This document shows positions 1 to 7,790 of a stretch of 64,000 bases of DNA, piece by piece; position 1 is the stretch's first letter; every line of letters starts with the position of its first letter. The translations under genes and the position numbers were made by a program. The notes under the pieces are model-generated. The model saw nothing but the letters and a program-made list of their open reading frames with translations, had not been told where the DNA came from and did no database searches. The stretch is from the NCBI GenBank assembly GCA_001818235.1, contig MHJY01000005.1, forward strand, positions 19,277-83,276, given 5' to 3'. The DNA comes from Candidatus Jacksonbacteria bacterium RIFOXYB2_FULL_44_15. Lineage in GTDB: Bacteria > Patescibacteriota > Patescibacteriia > UBA9629.

Positions 1-87
1 CAATAATTCGAGCGATTTCTCATCGCCTTTTAGATATTTTTTGATTAATTGGGCGTCACTCGACACATCTGTCGTTACAGTAGACAT
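1..87 (-). CDS. ECF-type RNA polymerase sigma factor, N-terminal part (runs off left edge)
   Basis: Manual translation from ATG at 87: MSTVTTDVSSDAQLIKKYLKGDEKSLELL, matching the SDxxLIxxYLxGDxxSLExL start typical of ECF sigma factors; not in ORF track. Confidence 0.6.
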   Translation of the reverse strand, partial: MSTVTTDVSSDAQLIKKYLKGDEKSLELL

Positions 88-143
88 AGAGACATAATAT
101 CAATAAACCTCCCGCTATCAATCGTATTCATTATATAATACGC

Positions 144-2426
144 TTATTTTTTAACTGTTGTTTCAAAAGAAAGGCGGGCAAAAAGGTAAGAAATTGTAGA
201 TTCAGCGCCCTGGTTTAGGTTAATAAATTTCTCCCCAATCCCATCATAACAGCCTCCAGTAGTCTGATCATAGACTACTTGCCCAAGAACATTGTCCCCC
301 AGAAACCAGTTAAACGCAATGTTCGCAAATTCTCCGTAATGCTTTTTTTTTGTCACTTGAAACATTAGATTGAGAGCTTCTACGGTGGCGGTGGCGTCTT
401 CCGGTTGCTGGTCAAAATACTGTCTGACCCCTGTCTTGGGAAACCAGCCACTTTGCCCGATAGGAATATACATATTGTTTTTAAAGGTATGCTTAATTAA
501 GAAGTTGAGGGTTATTTCCGACACTTTAAGATATTTTTTTTCGCCGGTTATTTTGTACCCGAGGAGGAGCGCTTCCGGCAGAATAGCATTTGAATATGTT
601 AAATAATGCTCAAACCATTCCCAGTCCGAAGAGTGGCTGTTTTCGTACAATGTGATCAACTGTTCACAACAGTTCCTTAATACAGCGAGATTCTTGGGTT
701 CTTTGTTTACTTCGCCGAAGTTGCTACGAAGGCGAGGCCGTTTTGAAAGCAGGCAATAAAGAGCCTTGATGTAAAAAGCGATTGCCCGCGGCGAGGAGAA
801 AGTAATATTGTTCTGGAAACTTTGTTCAAAAAGAGCATGAGCTTGTTTTCTAAAGTGTTTAGGTAGTTGTTTGGTAGTAGAAACTAAGGCGAGAGCATAG
901 AGCGCCCGGGCGCTGGGATCTTCGGAACTTTCCTGGACATTTTTTTGCTTATCTATATCGCGGTTCGAATTTACATAATTGTCAAAATAACCGTCAGGTT
1001 TAGCGACATGATTTATAAAATTAAAATATATCGAGGCGAGTTTTAGCGCGGTGCGGGTCCTAAATTTTTTGTAATAAAGCGCGACCGCAATTAAAGCACG
1101 GGCATTATCATCTAAAGTATATCCGGAAGATATATCTGGTTCGGTCAGCTTGGCAAACTGAATAATGCCAAAATCATCAGTTAATTTAGCCAAATGTTCA
1201 AGTTTTATCGGTGGAAGTTTTCTTTGTCCCAGAGTCAGCTCCGGCGCGAATCGTGAGAAATATTTTACGTAGGAATTGGCAACATTTTCCCATGTCATAT
1301 GCCTGGTGCGGAAATAAGCGTTTTTGCCCATTTGCAAGCACAATTCATTATTACTTACTAATTTTATGATCGCATCCGTATAAGCCTGTGGGTTTTTTAT
1401 ATCCACCAATAAGCCGACCTCATTGGTAATGTCTTGTTTGGCGTGAGCAAAGGCGGTGGATATAACCGGCCGGCCGCTACCAAGGGCGCAAGATAAAGTG
1501 CCGGAGACAGCTTGGTCAGGATTTATGGAAGTGGAAAGATAAACGTCAGTCGCCTCTAAAAATCGGCGGAGTTTTTTTACGTCAGAATAGGTATTATAAA
1601 AACGAACGTGATTGGTTAAACCAAGCTGGCGTACTTTTTTAATCAGAAAATTACGGTAGATTTCGCCTTCCTGTTCCAGAACAGCCGGATGAGTGATGCC
1701 GGCGATAAAAAATCGAACATTAGGGAATTTTTCTACCACCAAGGGCAGTGCCTCGATTACATATTCAATCCCTTTGCCAGGGCTAAGAAATCCAAAGGTC
1801 GAGAGAATTATGTTGCGAGATATGCCGCGGGCAGACTTGGCGCGCGCGCTGGTTCTATAAGGAACATGATGGATTCCATGTGGAATAACTTGAATTCGGT
1901 CAGGATCTAACCCATAATCCCGCTGGAGAATTTTTTTGGAAAATTCGGTCATGACGATTATTCCTTTCGAATATTTCATTATTTTTTGAACAATGTCGCG
2001 CATTTTTTCGACTGGAGCAGGAAGAACAGTGTGCATGGTAGTAACAACCGGTTTGCGAAGTTTTTCCAAAAAAAGCAGTAAATGTGATCCATATTCCCCG
2101 CCAAAGAGACCGAATTCATGTTGAATGTTGATTAGATGTACCTTTTTGAGCCGATTAAGTTTGTTGGCGGCGTTAACATAGTCTTCTTCGCGCGGCTGGC
2201 TTATCTGGAGAATTACTTTATTAGAATAGGGGAGATGGCTTACTTCCGTACGATTCAGCGCGACAATTTTTGATTTAACCGACTGTCCAAACATTTTATC
2301 AACAGCATTGCTAAGATCAGCGGTAAAGGTAGCGAGACCGCATCGTCTTGGCGGAAAGGTGGAGAGACAAACGATCCAACCTGCCTTGTTAGAAGTTTTT
2401 TTATTTGCTTTTGTTTGTTGAGTCAT
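144..2426 (-). CDS. GT4 glycosyltransferase with C-terminal (alpha/alpha)6-barrel-like domain
   Basis: PPRRCGLATF, IQHEFGLFGG, FGFLSPGKGIE in the GT-B half; GYTLDDNARAL, FDQQPED, NQGAEST in the C-terminal half. Start set at ATG 2426 (MTQQ). Confidence 0.85.
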   Translation of the reverse strand: MTQQTKANKKTSNKAGWIVCLSTFPPRRCGLATFTADLSNAVDKMFGQSVKSKIVALNRTEVSHLPYSNKVILQISQPREEDYVNAANKLNRLKKVHLINIQHEFGLFGGEYGSHLLLFLEKLRKPVVTTMHTVLPAPVEKMRDIVQKIMKYSKGIIVMTEFSKKILQRDYGLDPDRIQVIPHGIHHVPYRTSARAKSARGISRNIILSTFGFLSPGKGIEYVIEALPLVVEKFPNVRFFIAGITHPAVLEQEGEIYRNFLIKKVRQLGLTNHVRFYNTYSDVKKLRRFLEATDVYLSTSINPDQAVSGTLSCALGSGRPVISTAFAHAKQDITNEVGLLVDIKNPQAYTDAIIKLVSNNELCLQMGKNAYFRTRHMTWENVANSYVKYFSRFAPELTLGQRKLPPIKLEHLAKLTDDFGIIQFAKLTEPDISSGYTLDDNARALIAVALYYKKFRTRTALKLASIYFNFINHVAKPDGYFDNYVNSNRDIDKQKNVQESSEDPSARALYALALVSTTKQLPKHFRKQAHALFEQSFQNNITFSSPRAIAFYIKALYCLLSKRPRLRSNFGEVNKEPKNLAVLRNCCEQLITLYENSHSSDWEWFEHYLTYSNAILPEALLLGYKITGEKKYLKVSEITLNFLIKHTFKNNMYIPIGQSGWFPKTGVRQYFDQQPEDATATVEALNLMFQVTKKKHYGEFANIAFNWFLGDNVLGQVVYDQTTGGCYDGIGEKFINLNQGAESTISYLFARLSFETTVKK
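705..737 (-). repeat. Short palindromic element (CTTCGGCG family) in frame within the GT4 gene
   Basis: cctcgccttcgtagcaacttcggcgaagtaaa aligns with ccgcctacgcaaaggcttcggcgggcagg at 45621; reads RPRLRSNFGEVN. Confidence 0.6.
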
Positions 2427-3441
2427 AGGGAGCTTTTTTGAGTTCTGCCAACAGTTCGTCGAGATCAACCGATTTGGCGGCGATTAGCTTGTCGGCGGCT
2501 CCATAATAAATGTAAAGTCTTTTATCTTGCACCACTGCTCCGGTAGGAAAGACAACGTTATTAACGACGCCTTTTTTTTCCCAATCAGCTTCCGGGGAAA
2601 ACAGGGGCTCGGTTAATCGCCCTAAAACTTTCAGGGGATTTTTTAGATCAAGCAGGGCCGCGGTGGCATGATAGATTTTTCCGCGAGGGGAATTTTCCAC
2701 CCCGTGATAGATAAAAAGCCAGCCGTCTTTTGTTTCTATAGGCGGACAACCGCCGCCGATGTTATGGCTTTCAAACCAAAAGAGGGGATCAAGCACGATA
2801 AAATCATCTAAATTTTTTAAATGATCGCGCCAGTGATCTTCGGTAAATTCGGAGAAACTGTCAAAGTAAACAATTTGAATTCCCGGCAGAACGCGGTGGA
2901 TAAGAGCGAATTTATTATTGAATTTTTGGGGAAAGAGAGAGGCGTCTTTTTCGAACAGCAAAATATCTTCTCCGGCGCTTTCCTTGTAGATCGTTTCGAA
3001 CGTCGTATATTTATCTATGACTTTTGACTCGCGAAAATTGTCGCCTGCTTCTTGGTAAGAAATTTTCGGCGAGATCAGGCCCTGTTTGGCGAAGTGTGTA
3101 AGATCTTTACTTGTGGCGTAGGCAATCAGAGCGTTTTTGCCGTCATAGGCAGTGTAGAAAAGATAGTACGTTCCCTCTAATAGAGTGATTCTGGGATCTT
3201 CGACGCCCCTTTTTTCGTAATCATATTCCGGGCATAGAATCGGCTTGGTAAGTCTTTTGACAACTTTATCATTTTGGAGCTGGCAGTAGCCGATGGAAGA
3301 AACGTTATTCTGGCTAACTGCCCGATAGAACATATGAGTGATGCCATCTATCTGGATGCAGGCCGGGTTTAAAACGCCCTTATTTTCGAATTCCAGCTCT
3401 GTTTTTTCAATTATTATTCCTTCGTTTTTAACTGCGATCAT
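2401..3441 (-). CDS. GH130-family beta-mannoside phosphorylase/glycosidase
   Basis: GVLNPA, GVEDPRIT, EKDASLFP, VNNVVFPTG, YYGAAD five-bladed propeller motifs. Confidence 0.85.
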   Translation of the reverse strand: MIAVKNEGIIIEKTELEFENKGVLNPACIQIDGITHMFYRAVSQNNVSSIGYCQLQNDKVVKRLTKPILCPEYDYEKRGVEDPRITLLEGTYYLFYTAYDGKNALIAYATSKDLTHFAKQGLISPKISYQEAGDNFRESKVIDKYTTFETIYKESAGEDILLFEKDASLFPQKFNNKFALIHRVLPGIQIVYFDSFSEFTEDHWRDHLKNLDDFIVLDPLFWFESHNIGGGCPPIETKDGWLFIYHGVENSPRGKIYHATAALLDLKNPLKVLGRLTEPLFSPEADWEKKGVVNNVVFPTGAVVQDKRLYIYYGAADKLIAAKSVDLDELLAELKKAPYDSTNKSK

Positions 3442-3488
3442 GGGTTTGGATTTTTTAAATTAGTGAAACTTTTTTACCTCACCTAATA

Positions 3489-3519
3489 CCCCGCCTTTTG
3501 GGGCGGGGGAGTGCGTTAC
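3489..3519 (+). repeat. GC-rich hairpin resembling an IS200/IS605 right-end remnant (or a terminator)
   Basis: ccccgccttttggggcgggg followed by gagtgcgttac, at the edge of the methylase island. Confidence 0.35.
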
Positions 3520-3553
3520 TTTTGGCTGGCGTTTTAAAGTTGGACAGGCTTCT

Positions 3554-4621
3554 TTATTTTACGACCACATAATGCAAATACTCGACCGTTTTTTTTGCTT
3601 TATAATTGCGGTTTTCCGACGTGTCCGCTTTAAAACGATTATACTCTTTTGTAAAATGACCATACTTGCCCCTTAGGCTCATTATTTCCTTGATATCGTC
3701 CAAGGACATTAAGCCCTCATTGTTGTAGCTTAAAAAGATATATTTTACTTTTGCTTTTAAAATTAAATTTGTGAAAGCTTTTTTTACTTTTGTTCTTGAA
3801 CAATAAAGAGATTTTTGCTTTTCATACTCTCGTAACCCCGTTTTACCGTGGATTTTCGGATTGTCATACTTAGCCACTGTTTCTAATAAATGATAATTTG
3901 TTGCATATTGGCGGTGATTATATGGTGGGTCAAGATACAGAATATCGCCAGCGACCTTGCTTGCAAGTTCGTTGATATCCTCGTTGAATACTTGGTGCTT
4001 TTGGTCGTTTATTATCAGCTCTGCCGGTTTTAACACTAAGGGTGTTTGTGCCGTTTTTTTTAATTGTTTCAAAAATGCACCGTAGACCGAGGCGGTGTTT
4101 GCTCGCTTATCAATCGTTTCAATAAGCGTAGCCAAGAGAAAATAATACTCATTATTAGTAATCAACTTTTCTTTTTTCCACTTTTCAATTTCCGTTCTTA
4201 TCGCATCGCACCTTTTTCCATTTTCATCTGAAAAATATTGTCGTTGAAATTCCTTATTTTGCGTTCCACCCAAACAATAATTTTTGAATATAAACCCCTT
4301 TATTCCTTTAAGATTTGAAAGGTAATCACAAATAAAGTTTTTCCTCTCGGCAATTTCAATATTTTTCAGTTTTGGTAAAATTTTTATTAATTGCTGAAAA
4401 TTTAGATGTTCGTGGTTTTCAATGTACTGTTTATTGAGAACGAAACTATAATACTGAATATCGTTGGCAATAACCGTATATCCTTTCTTTTTGAAATAAG
4501 AGCCGACAATACCGGTTCCAGCAAATAAATCGCAAAAAACATGACAGTTTTTATCAATCACTTTACTTATTGATTCATCTAAAAATTCTAATAATGATAA
4601 TTTACTGCCGATATAGTTCAT
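3554..4621 (-). CDS. DNA adenine (m6A) methyltransferase, D12 class
   Basis: MNYIGSK start, DLFAGTG motif I before YLDPPY motif IV (alpha order), FLSYNNEG. Confidence 0.9.
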   Translation of the reverse strand: MNYIGSKLSLLEFLDESISKVIDKNCHVFCDLFAGTGIVGSYFKKKGYTVIANDIQYYSFVLNKQYIENHEHLNFQQLIKILPKLKNIEIAERKNFICDYLSNLKGIKGFIFKNYCLGGTQNKEFQRQYFSDENGKRCDAIRTEIEKWKKEKLITNNEYYFLLATLIETIDKRANTASVYGAFLKQLKKTAQTPLVLKPAELIINDQKHQVFNEDINELASKVAGDILYLDPPYNHRQYATNYHLLETVAKYDNPKIHGKTGLREYEKQKSLYCSRTKVKKAFTNLILKAKVKYIFLSYNNEGLMSLDDIKEIMSLRGKYGHFTKEYNRFKADTSENRNYKAKKTVEYLHYVVVK

Positions 4622-4623
4622 AA

Positions 4624-5793
4624 CTAATAATTTATTTTCTCAAAAAATAAATCAGCATTTTCTAAATGGTATTCAATATACTTCAGGCTATTACACCTTC
4701 GGGAATTTCTGGCATTAAAATCGTTGAAAGTATCAACAATCTTTTGATACCTTTCTGTAGTTTTATCATCTATTTTTTTGGAAACCAAATAGGGCTGTAT
4801 GTCACTTTGCCTATTCGGGGTGTAATACTGCTCTATCCAGTCAATATATCTTTGTATCTGCTTTGTATTGCTTATGTCCGCCTCTACCGACTTCAATTCT
4901 ATCGGCAACAAAACTCGTTGACCATTTTGGATGGTTGAGACCATAACATCAATTCGTTGCATACCAACCCCACAAGACACTTCATTGCCAAGCCATTCAA
5001 ATTCTAGATTTTCATCCAAAATGCAATTGTCTAAAGACTGATTTATTCCTTTTCCGATATTTCGTACAATGTATGCTTGTAGGTGCGTCTCGAAAGATGT
5101 ATTTGCACGATATTTAGTAACTAATCTCGGGAGTAAATTTATATTTTCCTTTCTGCCGGTATAGGTTTTCACATTGTCGTTAGTCAAAACAATTTTTTGT
5201 CCATTTTGGTCAAATGATAATTTATGGCCGCCGATGTTTAATTCTTGTCTGTTGTTCCTATCCCTTATCAATTGGCATAATCTTTCCGCTTCATAAATAG
5301 TTATCATAGTATTTCCTCTATTGCCTTTCAGCTTTCGATAAATTAAACTCCAAAGCATTTGATTCGGAGATTGCATATTTTTTATCTCATCTAATGCTTC
5401 CCACTCGGTTACGCCATCCGCATAAACCTTACTTGGTTCAATAAGTGTTCTGAAAGTTAAGGATTTCTCTAGTTCATTTGTCAAGTACTGTCCGTTGTCG
5501 TTGTTGTCTAAAAAAGACCAATCATTTTTGGCTTTGAAAATTCCAAAAAATTTTCCCTCAAATATTTTTTTTGAAAATTCTTGTTGTAGATAGAAAATAA
5601 CCTGATCGCCACTTCGCACTCTACTACCATCAGCTATCATCCCAACTAACATATTTTCTTTTGTGTGGTGTAGAATTGTATTTGAGGAATTATTAAAATC
5701 GATATGATTATTTTGTGCTCCAGTGCCGGCAAAAAGATATTCCAAATGTAGTTTGAAAGTGGTTGCACCAACAATGAATACGTGTGTTGTCAT
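4624..5793 (-). CDS. Putative restriction endonuclease: EVE/PUA-like N-terminal domain plus NucS-like PD-(D/E)XK domain
   Basis: C-terminal FETHLQAYI...E...RIDV...IELK...QIQRY; N-terminal VRSGDQVIFY...FFGIF; flanked by two methylases. Confidence 0.65.
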   Translation of the reverse strand: MTTHVFIVGATTFKLHLEYLFAGTGAQNNHIDFNNSSNTILHHTKENMLVGMIADGSRVRSGDQVIFYLQQEFSKKIFEGKFFGIFKAKNDWSFLDNNDNGQYLTNELEKSLTFRTLIEPSKVYADGVTEWEALDEIKNMQSPNQMLWSLIYRKLKGNRGNTMITIYEAERLCQLIRDRNNRQELNIGGHKLSFDQNGQKIVLTNDNVKTYTGRKENINLLPRLVTKYRANTSFETHLQAYIVRNIGKGINQSLDNCILDENLEFEWLGNEVSCGVGMQRIDVMVSTIQNGQRVLLPIELKSVEADISNTKQIQRYIDWIEQYYTPNRQSDIQPYLVSKKIDDKTTERYQKIVDTFNDFNARNSRRCNSLKYIEYHLENADLFFEKINY

Positions 5794-5796
5794 AAT

Positions 5797-6579
5797 TTAG
5801 TTTTTAAAAATTAAAATATATTCGTGTTTAAAAATATAGTAATCGCTTGATAATGCTCTGTATTTCCAAATAGCTTCCTTGTTTTGTTTAGCTCGATTAC
5901 CCTCCATATTCTTAATTATAATACTTTTTAGAGTAAGCCCCAATTTTTGTGCTTCATTCAAACAATAAAATCCCAATGGGATCCATTTCCCTTGTGTATA
6001 TTTGTCGCCTATGACTATCGTCAAATATCTATTCTTCTCTAGCAAATCAAGCGTATTGCTGATTACAAGCGAAAATCCATTGAGAAAATCCCGCAAAGAT
6101 TTTGTGTTAGACAAATCCTTTTCGTGATTACTGAATTTGATAATGTTTGCATATGGTGGGTGTAAAATTGCCAGTTGTATATTTTTCTTTTTTTTGCGGT
6201 TTAGAATTTCGGTGATATTCGAAAAAGTATTTTTATCTGTACTATCACCCGCAACAAGTTCTGCAAAATAATTTTTATTATCTACGTTACTTTTAATGTG
6301 CTTTATCAGTTCTGGCTGAATATCAACTCCGATAAAATGCCTGCTCAAACTCTCCGCCTCATAGGCCGTTGTCCCACTACCTACAAATGGATCAAAAACA
6401 ACATCATTTCTTTTTGTATATCTCAAAATTAATTGTCGTGGAATTTGTGGAATAAAATTACCATGATAAAAACCATCATGCTTTCCAGATTTATCGCGTT
6501 CCGGAATAATCCAAAGACTATCGGTCCAAATTTCTGATTCTTTCCAATTATTTAGATTTAGATCATTAAAAATTGGTAT
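5797..6579 (-). CDS. DNA methyltransferase (N4-C/N6-A family); true start upstream of the tracked ORF
   Basis: DPFVGSGTT and HPPY motifs; frame stays open upstream to 6624 and encodes NDLNLNNWK..IWTDSLW..YHGNFIPQIP; no ATG, candidate ATA at 6579. Confidence 0.8.
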   Translation of the reverse strand: MPIFNDLNLNNWKESEIWTDSLWIIPERDKSGKHDGFYHGNFIPQIPRQLILRYTKRNDVVFDPFVGSGTTAYEAESLSRHFIGVDIQPELIKHIKSNVDNKNYFAELVAGDSTDKNTFSNITEILNRKKKKNIQLAILHPPYANIIKFSNHEKDLSNTKSLRDFLNGFSLVISNTLDLLEKNRYLTIVIGDKYTQGKWIPLGFYCLNEAQKLGLTLKSIIIKNMEGNRAKQNKEAIWKYRALSSDYYIFKHEYILIFKN

Positions 6580-6663
6580 ATTTTTTTTAGCTCCAGCAAT
6601 TCTGTCGGGCTGGTTTATTCTTGGTTATTATTTTTTAGGAAAAGCGAAGTAAATCTGCTCTCT

Positions 6664-6780
6664 TTATTTTCCGTCAGGAGCGGTCATTTTCAAGTGTACG
6701 ATTTTTTCGTACACTTGGCTTCCTTCATTTTTCAATTTCCAGTCTTGCTTTTTTAGCTGCAAACCCGCCTCCAGGAGATT
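6664..6780 (-). pseudogene. Remnant of a BRO-N/antirepressor-like gene
   Basis: One frame reads KLKNEGSQVYEKIVHLKMTAPDGK*, another GGGFAAKKARLEIEK*, both resembling segments of BRO-family proteins. Confidence 0.45.
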
Positions 6781-6842
6781 CTAATTTCAGTTGTCCTCCT
6801 TTTTGGGACAACTTGTTTTTTTCAACACAGTCAAAATTTAAG

Positions 6843-6914
6843 TCGGGGTACCGAGAGTCGAACTCGGAACCTCACGCACCCGAAGCGTGCGCCATACCAT
6901 TAGGCCATACCCCG
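6843..6914 (-). tRNA. tRNA-Pro(CGG), CCA not encoded
   Basis: Reverse complement cggggtatggcctaatggtatggcgcacgcttCGGgtgcgtgaggttccgagttcgactctcggtaccccga folds as a cloverleaf with a TTCGA T-loop. Confidence 0.95.
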
Positions 6915-6945
6915 ACTCAAACTTTGACAAAATAATTTTCAATTT

Positions 6946-7722
6946 TTACCACACCACCGCATTCCCCCTAAACACCGGCCCGTCGGTGCAAACAGTATGA
7001 TATTTGTCGTCAGCCAGTTTGACTGCACAGCCTAAGCAAATCCCTGTTCCGCAAGCCATTCGTTCTTCCAAAGAAACTTGGCTGGGTAAGTTCAAATTTT
7101 GAGCAACCGCGACTGCCGCTTTCATCATCGGCAAGGGCCCGCAAGCGATTACCTGTTGGATTTGATACTCGCTAATTTTTTTCTGCAAAAGTTCCGTTAT
7201 CAAACCTTTGTACCCAAAACTTCCGTCATCAGTGGCGCAGTCCACGCGCTTGCAATATCGCGCCAGTTCCAGGTGTCCGCATAACAAGTCGTTGCGGCGC
7301 GCGCCGAGAAAGCCGAACAAATTAACATTTTCCGCCCATTTTTTAGCCAGAAACAGAATTGGGCCGATGCCAGTGCCGCCGGCGACAATGGCGACTCGTT
7401 TAACGTCCGGTTCCAGCCAAAAACCATTGCCCAGTGGCCCGGTAATATATATCATAGCACCTTTTTTACTCTCGGCAAGGATTTGGGTGCCGCGGCCGAC
7501 AACTTTAAAAATTAATTCCAGCCGGCCTTTTTTGGGGTTGGCGAAAGAAATGCCTAAAGGACGGGGTAAAAGGGGATTTAAGCTGTGATCAACTTTAAGC
7601 TGAACAAACTGGCCGGGGATTGCCGTCTCGGCGATTTTCGGCGCCTCAAGCGTTAATTTAAAATTATCCGTGGCGATTTTTCGAATACTTAAAATTTTAG
7701 CGGATTCTAAGTGCTTAGCCAT
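6946..7722 (-). CDS. pyrK: Dihydroorotate dehydrogenase electron transfer subunit
   Basis: PGQFV, RPLGIS, GPLGNGF, GGTGIGP, ACGP, EERMACGTGICLGC...VCTDGPVF 2Fe-2S motif; start set at MAKHLE. Confidence 0.9.
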   Translation of the reverse strand: MAKHLESAKILSIRKIATDNFKLTLEAPKIAETAIPGQFVQLKVDHSLNPLLPRPLGISFANPKKGRLELIFKVVGRGTQILAESKKGAMIYITGPLGNGFWLEPDVKRVAIVAGGTGIGPILFLAKKWAENVNLFGFLGARRNDLLCGHLELARYCKRVDCATDDGSFGYKGLITELLQKKISEYQIQQVIACGPLPMMKAAVAVAQNLNLPSQVSLEERMACGTGICLGCAVKLADDKYHTVCTDGPVFRGNAVVW

Positions 7723-7790
7723 AAATATATGGTTATCATAGCGGATTTTACTTGGGCGGGCAAGATGTGGTATATTGGAAATGTCAAAAT

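Noticed and set aside
3441-6914. att duplication of the tRNA-Pro 3' end bounding the island
   Set aside because: No convincing direct repeat of the tRNA end near 3450-3550 and no adjacent integrase
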